Below, in pieces: positions 1-13,239 of a stretch of 64,000 nucleotides of DNA. The notes under the pieces were generated by a model, which saw nothing but the letters and a program-made list of their open reading frames with translations, made no database searches and was not told the origin of the DNA. Position numbers and translations under genes: made by a program. This DNA comes from Dendrobates tinctorius (lineage: Eukaryota): contig NW_027361838.1 in NCBI RefSeq assembly GCF_039654945.1, positions 434,001-498,000 on the forward strand. Direction: 5' to 3'. Positions within the stretch are counted from its first letter, which is position 1, and each line of letters opens with the position of its first letter.

Positions 1-650
1 GTGCAGGTGTCTCTGAACATGAGGACAAAGGACCACAACTCCAGAGTCTACTAAATCTTTCTGATGGTCTATTACAGTCAAGCTGGGGTTCTGATTTGGC
101 TTTCTAACAATCCCATGAGCAGCTCGCTGAAATTTTGCTTGTTCTTCCAGACCTTATCTTGACTTCCACTGTTCCTACCTGTTAACTGCCATTTGTTAAT
201 TACATTTTGAACTGAGGAAAGGTCAACTTGTTGGCAACTTTGTGGGCCTTCAGCATTTTCAGTTTCAGAGTGATAGGCAGCTGCTTAGAAGAACCCATGG
301 CTGATGTTTTTTGGCACAAGATTAGAGGAGGCTGGATTTTTATAAAGCTGGGAAATTGGCATCACCTGGCCTAAAGATGATCGTGAACAAGTCATAACCC
401 TAACAGACTATTTAAGGTCTGAACCCTTGGTCAAACTTATCTGAGCACACAAATCTCAAAGGGTACCAAAACGTTTGCATCAGCCCATTTTCTTTTTGCA
501 ATTTTTAAAATGTAAAAAAATGACAATTTTTTTTTGCCTAAAATACAAAGAAAATGTGTCATCTTTAACTTTAGCCCTTTTAGCCCTTGTTTAACTGTCT
601 GCAATAGATGTAATTTTGATCAGGGGTGCCCAAACTTTTACCTGCCACTG
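1..650 (-). mobile_element. Decayed Tc1-family DNA transposon, 5' part (window starts inside it)
   Basis: Ends in a Tc1-type terminus (caggggtgcccaaacttttacctgccactg) followed by TA at 651-652. Positions 1-230 are the reverse complement of the transposase 5' region of the copy at ~7500-7740. Confidence 0.8.
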
Positions 651-1541
651 TATGTCTTTTTAGGCAAAGGGGAGTTGAATATTGTTATAAAAATGGAAAA
701 AAAGATGTAAAAAAATACACACTTACCTTTTTGAATACCTATCGTACAAGTCCAATTTGCCAACCATACATAATACAACAATACTGCATTCTGCTGCCAC
801 ATTTTACTTTTCAAGCCTCTACCTACCAATGTATAATTTTTTATGCCCTTTTTGCTTATGGTCTAAATTGCCAATCATACATGCCACACCTGTACAGTGG
901 TCTGTTGCCGCATTTAGCTTTTATGGTGTGTGTTTACCAATGTACTGTAGCATTTTTTTATCAAGGGAAAAGAATAGTGTGAAAAAATAAATTTATTTTT
1001 TATAATATACACGTTTAACTTTTCACATACCTGTTTTACTAGTCCACTTTGCAGCGATACATGCCACAACAAAGTTGTGGCCTTTAGCTGAAATTTGGTT
1101 TCTGGGAGTGTACCTATCTGCCATTTCTTGTTGCATCTTTCTTTGGAAAAGGGGATATAAATTTCTTAATAAAATAGAAAAGAATATCAACACATTTCAA
1201 TGTGCGGGTTTGTTTTTGCACACGAGTTTAAGTTGTAAAATGCAAGACTCATACACGCCACACCAATACTAAAGAATTTTGTTGCATTAGTCTTTTATGA
1301 GACAAATGTACCTACCTAACATTTCCTGTTCATCATGTTTTTGTCAATGGATGAGAACTGTGGTTGAAAATTTTTGGGAACATTAATTATTTACATCTGA
1401 ATGGAGTGCAATTGCTATCCAATTGCAATGCGATTTCAACACAAGTTTTTGCATACAGCAATTCTCTGTCATTTACACATCGTTTTCAAAGGAAATATTC
1501 TTCAAAACACACAAACATATATATACTGTATATATATATAT

Positions 1542-2896
1542 ATCATAGAATCATAGAATCATAGAATCGTAGAGTTGGAAGGGACCTCCTGGGCCATCTG
1601 GTCCAACCCCCTGCTCAAAGCAGGATTCGCTAAATCATCCCAGTCAGATGTCTGTCCAGCCTCTGTTTGAAGACTTCCATTGAAGGAGAACTCACCACTT
1701 CTCGTGGCAGCCTGTTCCACTCATTGATCACTCTAACTGTCAAAAAGTTTTTTCTAATATCTAATCTGTGTCTCCTCCCATTCAGTTTCATCCCATTGCT
1801 TCTAGTCTTTCCTTGTGCAAATGAGAATAAAGTTGATCCTTCTACAATGTGACAGCCCTTTAGATATTTGTAGACAGCTATTAAGTCTCCTCTCAGTCTT
1901 CTCTTTTGCAAACTAAACATTCCCAAATCCTGCAACCTTTCCTCATAAGACAGGGTTTGCAGACCGGTCACCATTCTGGTTGCTCTTTTCTGAACTTGCT
2001 CCAGTTTGTTGATGTCTTTTTTAAAATGTGGTGCCCAAAACTGGACACAATATTCCAGATGAGGTCTGACCAAAGAGGAGTAGAGGGAAATAATGACTTC
2101 ACGTGATCTAGACTGTATGCTTCTGTTAATACATCCTAGAATTGCATTTGCCTTTTTTGCTGCTGCATCACACTGTTGACTCATATTCAGTCTGTGATCT
2201 ATTAGTATACCCAAGTCTTTTTCACATGTGCTGTCACTTAGCCCTATTCCTCCCATTCTATATATGCTTTTTTCATTTTTATTGCCCAGATGTAGTACTT
2301 TGCATTTCTCCCTGTTAAAAACCATTCTGTTAGTTGCTGCCCACTTCTCCAGTTTATTTAAATCTTTTTGAATCCTCTCTCTCTCTTCTCTAGTATTAGC
2401 TATCCCTCCTAGCTTTGTGTCATCAGCAAATTTAATCAGTTTACCCTCAATTCCTTCATCTAAATCATTGATAAAGATGTTGAACAATACAGGGCCCAGG
2501 ACAGAGCCCTGTGGTACCCCACTTGAGACATTCTTCCAACTGGATGTGCAGCCATTTACGACCACTCTTTGGGTCCGATCACTAAGCCAGTTATGAATCC
2601 ACCTAACAGTTGCCTTGTCCATTCCATACTTAGTCATTTTTTCAATAAGGATTGTATGAGAGACTTTGTCAAATGCTTTGCTGAAGTCAAGATATACTAT
2701 ATCTACAGCATTTCCTTGATCCACCCAATCAGTGATACCGTCATAGAAGGAAATTAAGTTAGTCTGACATGACTTATTAGTTACAAACCCATGCTGACTC
2801 TGTTTAATCACTTCATTCTTATCCAGGTATTGACATACATGTTGTTTAATAATTTGTTCAAAGATCTTTCCTGGTATAGAAGTCAGACTCACCGGC
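1542..2896 (-). mobile_element. 5'-truncated CR1 LINE
   Basis: 3' tail of (ATTCTATG)n octamers (catagaat repeats on + strand, ~1542-1572), typical of CR1. The RT ORF runs up to the truncation point. Confidence 0.95.
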
Positions 2897-2904
2897 TCAC
2901 TCAT
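1630..2904 (-). CDS. CR1 ORF2 reverse transcriptase, C-terminal 424 aa, uninterrupted but N-terminally truncated
   Basis: Motifs [38 protein letters not shown] and the CR1 C-terminal RPHLEYCVQFWAP and WNRLP. The start codon comes from flanking DNA. Confidence 0.9.
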   Translation of the reverse strand: MSEPVSLTSIPGKIFEQIIKQHVCQYLDKNEVIKQSQHGFVTNKSCQTNLISFYDGITDWVDQGNAVDIVYLDFSKAFDKVSHTILIEKMTKYGMDKATVRWIHNWLSDRTQRVVVNGCTSSWKNVSSGVPQGSVLGPVLFNIFINDLDEGIEGKLIKFADDTKLGGIANTREERERIQKDLNKLEKWAATNRMVFNREKCKVLHLGNKNEKSIYRMGGIGLSDSTCEKDLGILIDHRLNMSQQCDAAAKKANAILGCINRSIQSRSREVIISLYSSLVRPHLEYCVQFWAPHFKKDINKLEQVQKRATRMVTGLQTLSYEERLQDLGMFSLQKRRLRGDLIAVYKYLKGCHIVEGSTLFSFAQGKTRSNGMKLNGRRHRLDIRKNFLTVRVINEWNRLPREVVSSPSMEVFKQRLDRHLTGMI

Positions 2905-3989
2905 ACTCTCCTGGTATATATATACAGTATATATAGTATATATATTAGAAGGATGGATGGATAGATAGATAGATTAAAAGCCGGCAATTCATCTGCCACA
3001 CACAATATAATCACAGAGTGACAAGTTATAATAGAATAGATAGAATAGATATATACACATAGAATAGATGTATATCTATCAGTGACACACACGCCTACTG
3101 TATATATATATACTATATGTATGTATTTATATTGCATAGATAGATAGAATAAAAGCCGGCAATTCATAATTCATCTGCCGTGTTCTGTAAAATCACTGCA
3201 GGAGCCGACAGGATAGAAGAGATGAATTACATATAGTAAATACAAATAGAAAAGGTAGATATATAGATGTCTGTGACAAATACAATTAGCGCAGTGTGTG
3301 TGCAAATTACTGTTCATGTATTTAATTTATAAAAGATTATTTTTTGGCAAAAAAAGGTGTGGACTCCCGTGCAATTTTTGTAACCAGAAGAGGGAAAGCT
3401 GATGGCTGGGGACAGATGTTTATAGCCTGGGAAGGGGGTGATATCCATGGAGCTTCCCAGGCTATTAATATCAACACCCCATAAAAAATGACATGGGGTG
3501 CCCCTATCATTAATAACCAGCAAAGGCAATGCAGACAGCTGCGGGCTGATATTAATAGCTTACGAAGGCGCCATGGATACTGCCCCCGGCTGAAAACATC
3601 AGCTCTCAGCCGCCCCAGAAAACACGCCAATTATGGCACCTAACCTTGCGCTTCCCACTTGCCATGTAGTGGGGGCAACTGGGGTGATAGTTGGGGGGTT
3701 GATGTCACCTTTGTATTGTCAGGTGACATGAAGCCCAGAGGTTAGTAATGGAGAGGTGTCAATAAGACACCCCCATTATTAAACCCATAGCCACATTGTA
3801 AGAAAACACAGACACCAAGAAAAAGTGCTTTAATTGAAAGAATGACACAGACTCCTTTAATATTCTTAATTTCACCGTACTTATAACCTCGCCGATTCCC
3901 CCGATGCCCTCGTCATCTGCAAATGAGCCGCCATATACTGTGGCACCCCCATACATTATGCCCAGCTTGAGCTTCTGGTGATACATACC

Positions 3990-5912
3990 TGTAAATGAAA
4001 TGCCTTCTCTCCATTACAATAATGCCAAACATGTGGCCGCGTACTGCAGGTTACTCACAGTGGGGCTCAGAAGGAGGGGGGATTTGGATTTGGGAGCACA
4101 GAATTCACTGGATTTTATTTGAGGGGTTGGGAGTCATGTTGATTTTCCAGAGTTTTTGTTCTACCAGTAATGTGGGAACCCCGTATAGTTCCAGTGACAG
4201 ATGATGGACCTGAGTGGGGGCTGGATTTGCTTTGGGGTACATAACATTTTTTGATTGATTTCCGAATAAGGCTGGATCACATTTTTGTCTTCTTTGCTGA
4301 GCACTTAGTCAAGGTTTCTGTATAAATCCCACAAAAATGCGATTCAGATGGAATCACCCATCATGAGGCAGATGGAGACACTTCGTACTCTGTTGTCTGC
4401 TCCGGTCGTATCCATCTTATAGGTCGCCAACACTTGTGCGCTAAAAAGATGCCTAAAATGATGGGACACCACCAGAAGACAAACCAGTTCATAGTGACTA
4501 CATCTTCCTCATAAATTTGTGGTTCAATCCAGGGTTTTGTATGATTCGTGGTTTTGGGAAATTTACACTGAAACACTCACTTAAGGTCTCAGCGGAGAGA
4601 GTGCAGGATAAATGTAAGCCAAAGCTTATTCCAATTTTTGGGAGGCAGTATGAACAAATAGACAGCCGTACAAAAATAGTTTTTATTTTTGCATAGTTCA
4701 CTATATGGTATCAGTGATGGGGCAGATTTATTCTTCGGGTCTGTGCGATTACAGCGATATCAAATTTATATAGGTTTTTAGGTTTTGCTGCAATCACACA
4801 ATAAAATTTATTTTTTTATTAAAAAAAGGAAAAAAAGGAGTTTTTTGTCTCCATATTCTGAGAGCTGTAACTTTTTTTCATTTTTTGGCGAACAGAGCTG
4901 TATGGGGTTTATTTTTTGTGGGACGAGTTGCAGATTTTTTGGTGTCATTTTGGGAACATAATATTTTTGATCACTTTTTACTCAGACTTTTCAGACACAG
5001 AATGAACAAAATCCAGCAATTCAGTTACTGTTTTTATTTTTTATGTTTTGTGACGTTCACTTTACGGTAAAAGTGATAAGACTGATGTGTTCGTTGGGTC
5101 GGTACGATTACAGCAATAATAGATTTATATTTTTTTAATGTTTTGCTCTGTTTACAACTAAAAACAAATAGTTTTATTTTTTTGAAAAATGAGCCATATG
5201 AGGGCTTGTTTTTTGTGGTACAGTTTGGTATTTTTGTTTATACCATTTTTGGCATGTTTTTTATTATTTTTTTACAGAGTTCACCAAGCGGAATAAATAA
5301 CATGCCAGTGTTATAGAGCAGGTTGTTATGTACACGGCAATAACAATTTTGTGTACTTTTTTGTTTATTTTTGTTTTATCCAAAACGCTGTGTTTAGTGA
5401 TTTGTGTGCACTTTTTTGTGTGGTTTTTACTTTTTACATATTTTATTTTACTTTTTTCACTATCACTTGTCTCATACACTGCTGTAGTCATGTACAGCAG
5501 TGTATGAGACTGTCAGTGACTCACTGACTGTGCCTGTGAGGCCCAGCTGACTTCTGGATCTCAGGCAACCATACCCTGAGGTCATCACATGACCTCAGTG
5601 TACCATGGTAACTATCGGGACTTGCAATTCTTATCGCGGGGTTCCGATGGATACTAAGGGGATCTTGTGACCCCTTGTAACAACATAAATACCACTGTTA
5701 TGATTTACAGTGATATTTAATGGGCTAATCAGCCCTTATCAGCCGCAAAACCGGCCGGGGTCAATACTCCAGGGGGTCAGCTGTCATGCACAGCTGACAC
5801 CCGCTGGGATCACTGCCGCTATTTCCTTATTCTCACCACTTTAAAACGGCAATGAGGGAATAACTACCCTTAATGACTGCCATTTTAATGTGTATCGATG
5901 GTCATTAAGGGG
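3990..5912. mobile_element. Degenerate non-autonomous TTAA (piggyBac-like) element, right part
   Basis: Ends gtcattaagggg|TTAA. Internal blocks resemble the elements at 33.6-38.4 kb and 39.4-41.4 kb. Left boundary not resolved. Confidence 0.55.
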
Positions 5913-5916
5913 TTAA

Positions 5917-6251
5917 TTCACCACTCGTTAACAGAGTATCTATTCCTCTTCCAGTCTGTTCTGTTGATAGGGTACCACTGCAGATGTCACACTGATTGAC
6001 AGCCAGCTTCTTTCAGTTAGGCAGGGGGAAACCCAGCTTTCAATCAGCATGACAATGACAGAGATGCCCCTTCCAATAGAGCAGAAGCGAAGTTGCTGCT
6101 CTGTCAACATGACATCAGTGGAAGCAGGGAAATTGCCGGTTCAGAGCGGTCAGAGATCAGCGCTGGGAAGAGCAAACAAACAGCTTAGAACTACCTGCCT
6201 GTTATTTGTTCGCCCCATAGCAAAAAATAATAAATGTCCCGGATAACCCCT
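5917..6251. mobile_element. Partial T2/Kolobok-type MITE
   Basis: Ends ggataacccct|TTAA and has internal inverted motifs. Left end not found. Confidence 0.4.
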
Positions 6252-8925
6252 TTAACCACAATATTATATGATAATCATTTTTATCCTCTTTCCTCTTTTT
6301 CTGTCCTGTTATGTTTTAGAAAGCTTGTTAGTCTATGTAATAACTACTGATTATGCTTTCTGAACTTACCTCTTAATCTGGTTGATTTTCTAATACAAAA
6401 TGCCTATAAGATCAATTTAATTCCAGTGCATTGTTTAGATTGAGAAATGCTTTAATTTTCTAATGGTTGACCTAATTGCTTATTAATGCAATTTAGATGC
6501 ATTTCTTTTTACTGCATTCTCTACAGGGCTGTTCAACTAAAATACGGTATCAAAAAGATCTATATTTGGCTCTTTTATACAAACATTTGTGAGGCAAAGA
6601 ATAATAATTTACAATGAGAAGATATGAACCTTCAAGATAAAATATTGAAATGCCTTAACCTCCTAAGGACTAGGACATTTTTCATTTTTTCGCTTTTGTT
6701 TTTTCCTCCCCCTCTACCAAGGGTCAGAACTTATTTTATTTTTATGTCAACATGATGGATTATTTTTTTTCATTTCGATGAATTAGAAGCAGATTTACAA
6801 TTTTATGATTTTAGATTCCAAAAAACGAAAAGGAATTTTCTGTGCAAGACAGAGCCACCTACGGGGAATCATAACAGTGTGTTATATCTACGCTGTTAGG
6901 ATTTAGCTTTGATTCATAATTTCAGCATTTGTCACGTGAATGCCTTCTCTACCACTTCTCTTAATGCTGCATGGCTACAGAGGGGAACATACATATCTGC
7001 AAGCCCTCTATGGAAGTCTTCAGGTTTTATGCAGATTCAAAATGTTGCGATAATATTTTATGTATGGAGCAGCATACCGTTTCATGTAAAAATGTGGGCA
7101 CTCCTGGTCAAAATTACTTTATTGTGAACAATTAAGCAAATTGAAGATAAAATGATCTCTAGAAGGCCTAAAGTAAAAGATGGAACATTTCCTTTGCATT
7201 TTAGGCAAACAAAATATATATATTGTACTTTTTAAAAATAACAAAAAGGACAATGGGCCTATGCAAAAGTTTGAGCACCCTTGGAGATTTGTGTGCTCAC
7301 ATAACTTTGACAAAGATTTCAGACCTTAATTAGCCTGTTAAGGTTATAGCTTGTTCACTATCATCGCTAAGAAAGAATAGGTGGTGCAAATTTCCCAGCT
7401 TTATGAAAACCTAGCCTCCTCTTACCATGTGCTGCCTAGCACTCTGAAAATGAAAATGGTGGCGGTACAGACAGAAGGAAATGGCTACAATAATAAAGCA
7501 AAGCATTTTCAAGTTACCCTTTCCTCAGTTGGAAATGTAATTAAGAAATAGCAGTTAACAGGAACAGTGGAGGTCAAGATAAGGTCTGGAAGCCCAAGCA
7601 AAATTTCAGTGAGAGTTGCTCACAGGATTGCTAGAGAGGCAAATAAAAACCCATGCTTGACTGCAAAAGACCTTCAGAAAGATTGTTGGAGTTGTGTTAC
7701 ATGGTTCTACTGTTTAGAGACATCTGCACAAATATGGCCTTCATGGGCGAGACATCGGAAGAAAACCTCTCCTGCATTCTCACTATAAAATTCAGCTACA
7801 GAAGTATGCAAAAGAACATCTAAACAATGCTGATGCATTTTGGAAACAAGTCTTATGGACCAATGAGGTTAAAATAGAACTCTTTGGTCACAATGATCAA
7901 ATGTATGTGTAGAGAAAAAAAAGGGCACATAATTTCATGAAAAGAACATCTCGCCAACCATTAAGCATGGGAGAGGCTCAATTATGCTTTGGGGTTGTGT
8001 TTCAGCCAATGGCATGGGGAACATTTCACAGGTAGAAGGAAAAATGGATTCAATGAAATTTCAACAATTCTTGATGCAAACATAACACTATCTGTAAAAA
8101 AGCTGAAGTTGAAATGAGGATGGTTTCTACAAATGGATAATGAAAGATCCTAAACACAGTTCAAAATCCACAATAAACTACCTCAAAACACGCAAGCTGA
8201 AAGTTCTACAATGGCCCTTACAGTCCCCTGTTCTGAACATCTTTGAAAATCTGTGGCTAGACCTCAAAATATAATTCCATCACTCAAACAAGAATTGAAA
8301 GACTTTGTTACACCAGGTAATTAAATTTCTACTTCTACCAATATTAAGCCCATGCACGTAGTAGCCACCACTTACTCACAATTAGTTCCATATTGGTAGG
8401 GGAATTAGATAGAATCAAGAGAAATTGCAGTGAATCAGAACATATTGAACAAATAAATAGGAGACTCTAGTTCTATATATCCAAAAGAGGTTCAGCCTGG
8501 ACATTAATTATAGCATCCAAAATTGTCCAGAACAAAAACAGGCAGGATCTTTTGATAAAAAATAACCTAAAAACAGGAAAAGTAAACAGCAAACCATTTC
8601 TTGCAATACGGTATAGTGCTCAATTCACTCATATCAAATCTATTATCACAACATTTTTGCTAATATTACACCAAGATCCTATATCTATATCCTATATAGA
8701 TAGTGCCGTCATGGCAACATGGGCAACTACCATTGGCAATATTGTTTCTCTGAGTTATTTCTCTTCTTTAAATAAATCAGAGACTTGGTTATCATGTAAT
8801 GGTTTTTTATAGATGTGGCAGTAAAAGATGTAAAACATTTTCACATGCATTTGCTGCAAAAACTTTTTCAATCATGACAGATCCTGTAAATATGATATCA
8901 AGATTACATTAACTGTAAAACCCTG

Positions 8926-9165
8926 AATAATAATCTTTATATAGAGCTAACATATTCCACAGCACTTTACAGACATTATCATCACTGTCCTCGATGGGGC
9001 TCACAATCTAAATTCCCTATAAGTATGTCTTTGGAATGTGGGAGGAAACCCACGCAGACACAGGGAGAACATAACTCCTTGCAGATGTTGTCCTTGGCGG
9101 GATTCGAATCCAGAATTCCAGCGCTGTAAGGCTGCAGTGCTAACCACTGAGCCACCGTGCTGCCC
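8926..9165 (-). mobile_element. tRNA-derived SINE with an L2-type 3' end
   Basis: Minus strand begins gggcagcacgg-TGGCTCAGTGG (A box) and has GGATTCGAATCC (B box). The 3' end resembles the L2 tail at 14431-14591 and ends in short (TTA)n. Confidence 0.9.
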
Positions 9166-9351
9166 AGAAATACATTATCAATTGTTCTGTATGTCACAAA
9201 ATTTACATTGGCTGCTCAGCACACAAATTAAAGGTTCGCATCTCAGAACACATCACGGATATAATCAGTAGCAATGTTAATCTTAGGATTTCATTTCATT
9301 ACATATAATAAACAGACTACAAGTTTTTGTATCGAGAAAGTCAGTAAGTTA

Positions 9352-9757
9352 AGCCCCCGTTACACACTGCGATATCACTAGCAATATCGCTGTAAAGTCA
9401 CCGATTTTGTGACGTTGCAGCGATATTGCTAGCGATATCGCTGCATGTGATACTTACCTCCGACCGGCTCCCCCGCTGGTTATCGCTGATCGCGCGAGAA
9501 GCTGCTGGACCATTTCTCGTCGGTCACTTCCTGCGGCGCTTCCTGCTGTGACGACGAGCGACGCGTGGAGCCGGGCGGGAGGACGCAGGATCGCCGCGTC
9601 TGACAGGTAAGTAGCGATCCCCGTCCCCAGCGATGTTGCTGGTGAGATCTGCCTGAGTGGCAGCTCACTAGCGACCACCTAGCGATGCACCAGCGATCCT
9701 GACCGCGTCATATCGCTAGTCGGGATCGCTGGTGCATCGCTAGGTGTAACGGTACCC
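9352..9757. mobile_element. Harbinger-type palindromic MITE
   Basis: TTA on both flanks. Termini agcccccgttacac / gtgtaacggtaccc. Many gcgat/atcgc inverted motifs. Same family as 21382 and 59190. Confidence 0.8.
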
Positions 9758-11355
9758 TTAGAGAGAGGGTGAAACCACCGGAGACACTTACGTACCAGGG
9801 AAGTATTTTGGATGCATAGTCTAGGTACTTGTGTTCCTGATGGTCTGAACATGTGCAAAGAAGTCAGGTTCCACTGTTAGTAGTAACACAAGACATATTT
9901 GTAATTTTGTTTCTCTGTTATTTCTCCCCTTTTATGTATAATTTTTCATCTCTTGTTTTTGTAATCATGATGAAGATTGGTTAACCTTTTGTTGCAATAC
10001 TATAATAACGTTTGTACCTTTGGAATCGTCCGTGTAATCACTTCCCCACATATGGGGATTTCGAATGTTCATTCGGCCACCTGAGCCTAATTATTTGTGC
10101 ATATAGTGTTGACTCATTTGTAACAGAACAACTTTGACAAAGGACGCTGGTGTCACGTCTGAAACGCGTTGTATTTGTTTATCAAATTTCTACTACCTCT
10201 TCCCCCTTTTTTCATGGAGTTGCTATTTTAATATGTAATAATATATAGTATACATATTGCCTGAAATAGAAAGGAAATGCATCATCATTAATGTTAGCCC
10301 TTTTAGAAATCATTTCATCTTCAACTTGCTTAACTATTCACAACAGCAGTAATGTTGACCAGGGGTGCCAAAAGTTTTACATGCCACTATACAAGTGCAG
10401 CCACCTCTCTTATAACATGTATGGAAAATGTAACCATCAGTTATAGACAACTAGGCACTATAAATATGTGACTCTCATAGACTTACAGTGTTAAGTGATT
10501 TCTGGATCACCCAGTAAACACTAGACCAATGTGTCAGGTCACAACCTGAAGAAGTCGATTGGAGCAATGCTGTGAACAGAAGTCGGCAACTGTTAAGTAT
10601 TTTACTAGGGGCAAGGAACATGCATTAGTGATATCATTGTGGTAGTGAAATAAAAAAACAACAACTTTTGTTTCCTGATTCAATTTTGGCACTGTAGCAT
10701 TTTTTTTTATATCTGCAGCATCTTTGCAGCATTTTTTCCACTCATAGAAGAGCATATAAATTGCAAAAACCTGAAGCAAACAGATTTTGCTGCAATTTTT
10801 CAGCATTTTTGGTGAATAAAGCTAATAAAGTGAATAACATTTCTTAAACTTCATGCACATGCTGCTTAGTTTTTTCCATACTATAAAGGAGCAAAAATGA
10901 TTTTTCTCCTGCAAATACTGAATGTGTGCACATACCCTTATAACTGATCACTTCTTTGGGAATACATGGTTGGTACTTGCTCTCACTTTGGGGTGTCGAT
11001 TAAGAATAATGAAAAATAAACAGTGAGATATTTGCCCTTATTTGGAGGCCTAAATATGACATTAATTTGTACAATAACAGTTTATCTTTTGCTTATTAAA
11101 ACAAAATACCTTTGTTTGAGCATCAATCCCTCATACTGTAGGTACCTTCTAAATGATGCACAAATGATCTCTAGCCATAACTGGGATAAATAGACTTCAG
11201 AGGCATTAAGGACTTTTGAGTTATTCTACTATGCCAAATGCTCATTGACAGGTAATGGATTGTTCTTTTACACTTTGCAAGTTTGTTAACAGATTAGACG
11301 AAAAAAAGGAAAATAGTTTTAAAGTATACCTCTCAATGTTTTGTGTAAAATTTAA

Positions 11356-11600
11356 AGGCGTTGACAGGAAAATGTATTTATTCAGAAGATTACAGCTATA
11401 GAAAATAAGAAACTAAGCTGTTCTTATCCATTCCCCCGAGGTTCCGGACTTCCTCTCTGCCCCTGTTCTGGTCTATATTGATATGCTGCAACAAAGAGTA
11501 GAGTAGTGGCAGAGAGGCAATACAGGATCTGGGGAGGTGAAAAAAGGTGATTTTCTTATTTTCTGTAGCTGTGTCCCCATGGATAAAAAAGAAATCTCCT
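11356..11600. mobile_element. T2/Kolobok-type MITE
   Basis: TTAA|AGG ... CCT|TTAA termini with imperfect inverted arms (tacagctatagaaaataagaaa / tttcttattttctgtagctgtg). Confidence 0.65.
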
Positions 11601-13239
11601 TTAAGATATGCAAGTACTTGCTAATATACAGTATTGTAAGCCTCTTTACAATAAGCTTTATCGGTCAACACTCCGCACCAAGTCTTGAAGACCCTAGAAA
11701 ATGTTGCCTTTCTTCTAGAGATGACTGTAAGGCATTCAGCCGGACTGTTATGCCAGGTGGGGCACATAGCCTCGGATCCAGTTTATTGGCAGCCTGATAA
11801 GACAGAAATAAAAGAAAAATGGAGACGAATAGGTGTAAAAGTACTTGCCGTAGAAGTGCCAAGTTGATATAGCGACAAAATTCTGATAAAATGATGAGGG
11901 TTCTTGTACGATAGTAAAACATAGGTGTAGAGTGATTGGTTGCAAAGGATCCCAATGATTAGTATGCAGATGGTAAGAAGCAGGTGTTTCTGCACATTAA
12001 AAATGGAAAACGAAAAAGTAGCGAAAACTAAAAAAGAAACATTTGGGCTTTAGGGATTTATATGCAAGTTTATGCTTCTTGTATGATCGTTTCCTTCTCT
12101 GTGCTCCTTTGGGCACTATAATCCCCTTAGTTTTGTTTTACATTTCTCTCACCTAGGAAAGCACAAGCAAACATTTTATAGTCAGCGGAGACATATAAAC
12201 GCGACTATAAATGTATATAAATGTCAACATTCAATATATATTTATTTATACAAAACATAGCTGCATGTTTTGGTGTGAATTCTTATGAGTGTAAGACAAT
12301 AGATTTATAAAAAAATACAATCGTTACTATTACACAAATCATAATATGCAATCAAACAAATGTCTGTAATAATTACTAATAGGTGATTTATTAAGAAAAA
12401 AAACAGTAAAATGTGCAATGTCCTCATTCTATGATATCACATTAAAGAGTAGGCACATTACAGGCTCATATATAGGTCTTATGATATCAAAATATGTTAT
12501 GCTCTACTTATACCACATTTTGGGCTAACATTTGGAATATGCATATACTATACTAGAAAGCACAAAAGAAAAAAACCCTAAAATGTAACTTTTAATTCAA
12601 TCATTAAAAAAGACACACAGAATGTGAAATCACTAAATACCAGGGGGTTCTGCTGTCATCAATGGCTGATAAGTATTTTTCTTTAACACACTGCACTTGG
12701 CACACCGCTATATCACATGATTAATTGTGATTTAGGCAACCCTGGTAGCCTCATGAACTGATTGTGCTACACGGAGGTCTGCATACTATATGAAATCTCT
12801 GTGAGCAATTTTTGTGCCAGCCATCGCCTGGTGAGGTGGACACAGGGCCGGCGTTATGGGCAGGCAGACCAGGCAGCTGCCTTGGGCCCCCGCTCCTCCA
12901 GGGGCCCCCAGCCAGCGGCACATCACACAGCCACTATGGGGACCCTGTGAGGCAGAGGGGGCCGCCTGCCCCCTGGGCCGACTCCCGCTGCCGCCGCATT
13001 GAAGGAGGCAGTGATGGAGGAGAGAGCGTCAGCTGACACTCCCTCTCCCATCATTCCCCGCTCTGCCTCTGACACAGCGGGGGCACGATGACATCATCGC
13101 GCTCTCACTGTGTGCCAGACAGAGCAGGAGGAGACAGGAGCAGCCAGCAGCGCAGGCACGAGGAGAAGGTGAGGAGTGTTTTTTTTTTTTTTTTTTTAAA
13201 TCAGCGTGAGTACTGGACTGTGGGGCAACTCTGGGGGGA

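Larger units (their letters stand above)
7077..10389 (+). mobile_element. Decayed Tc1 transposon; transposase pseudogene at ~7430-8300, right TIR remnant at ~10255-10389, interrupted by ~2 kb of other DNA
   Basis: Left TIR (catgtaaaaatgtgggcactcctggtcaaaattac) is inverted relative to gaccaggggtgccaaaagttttacatgccact at ~10357-10388. Frameshifted DDE motifs include tggaccaatgag, caaatggataatga and cagtcccctgttctgaac. Confidence 0.75.

Noticed and set aside
1518-2935. Inverted atatatactgtatatatata motifs flanking the CR1
   Set aside because: Low-complexity TA-rich sequence is self-complementary by nature, so this is not evidence of TIRs.
9090-9165. tRNA gene
   Set aside because: A and B boxes are present, but they continue into a SINE body and LINE-type tail with no acceptor stem or T-run terminator.
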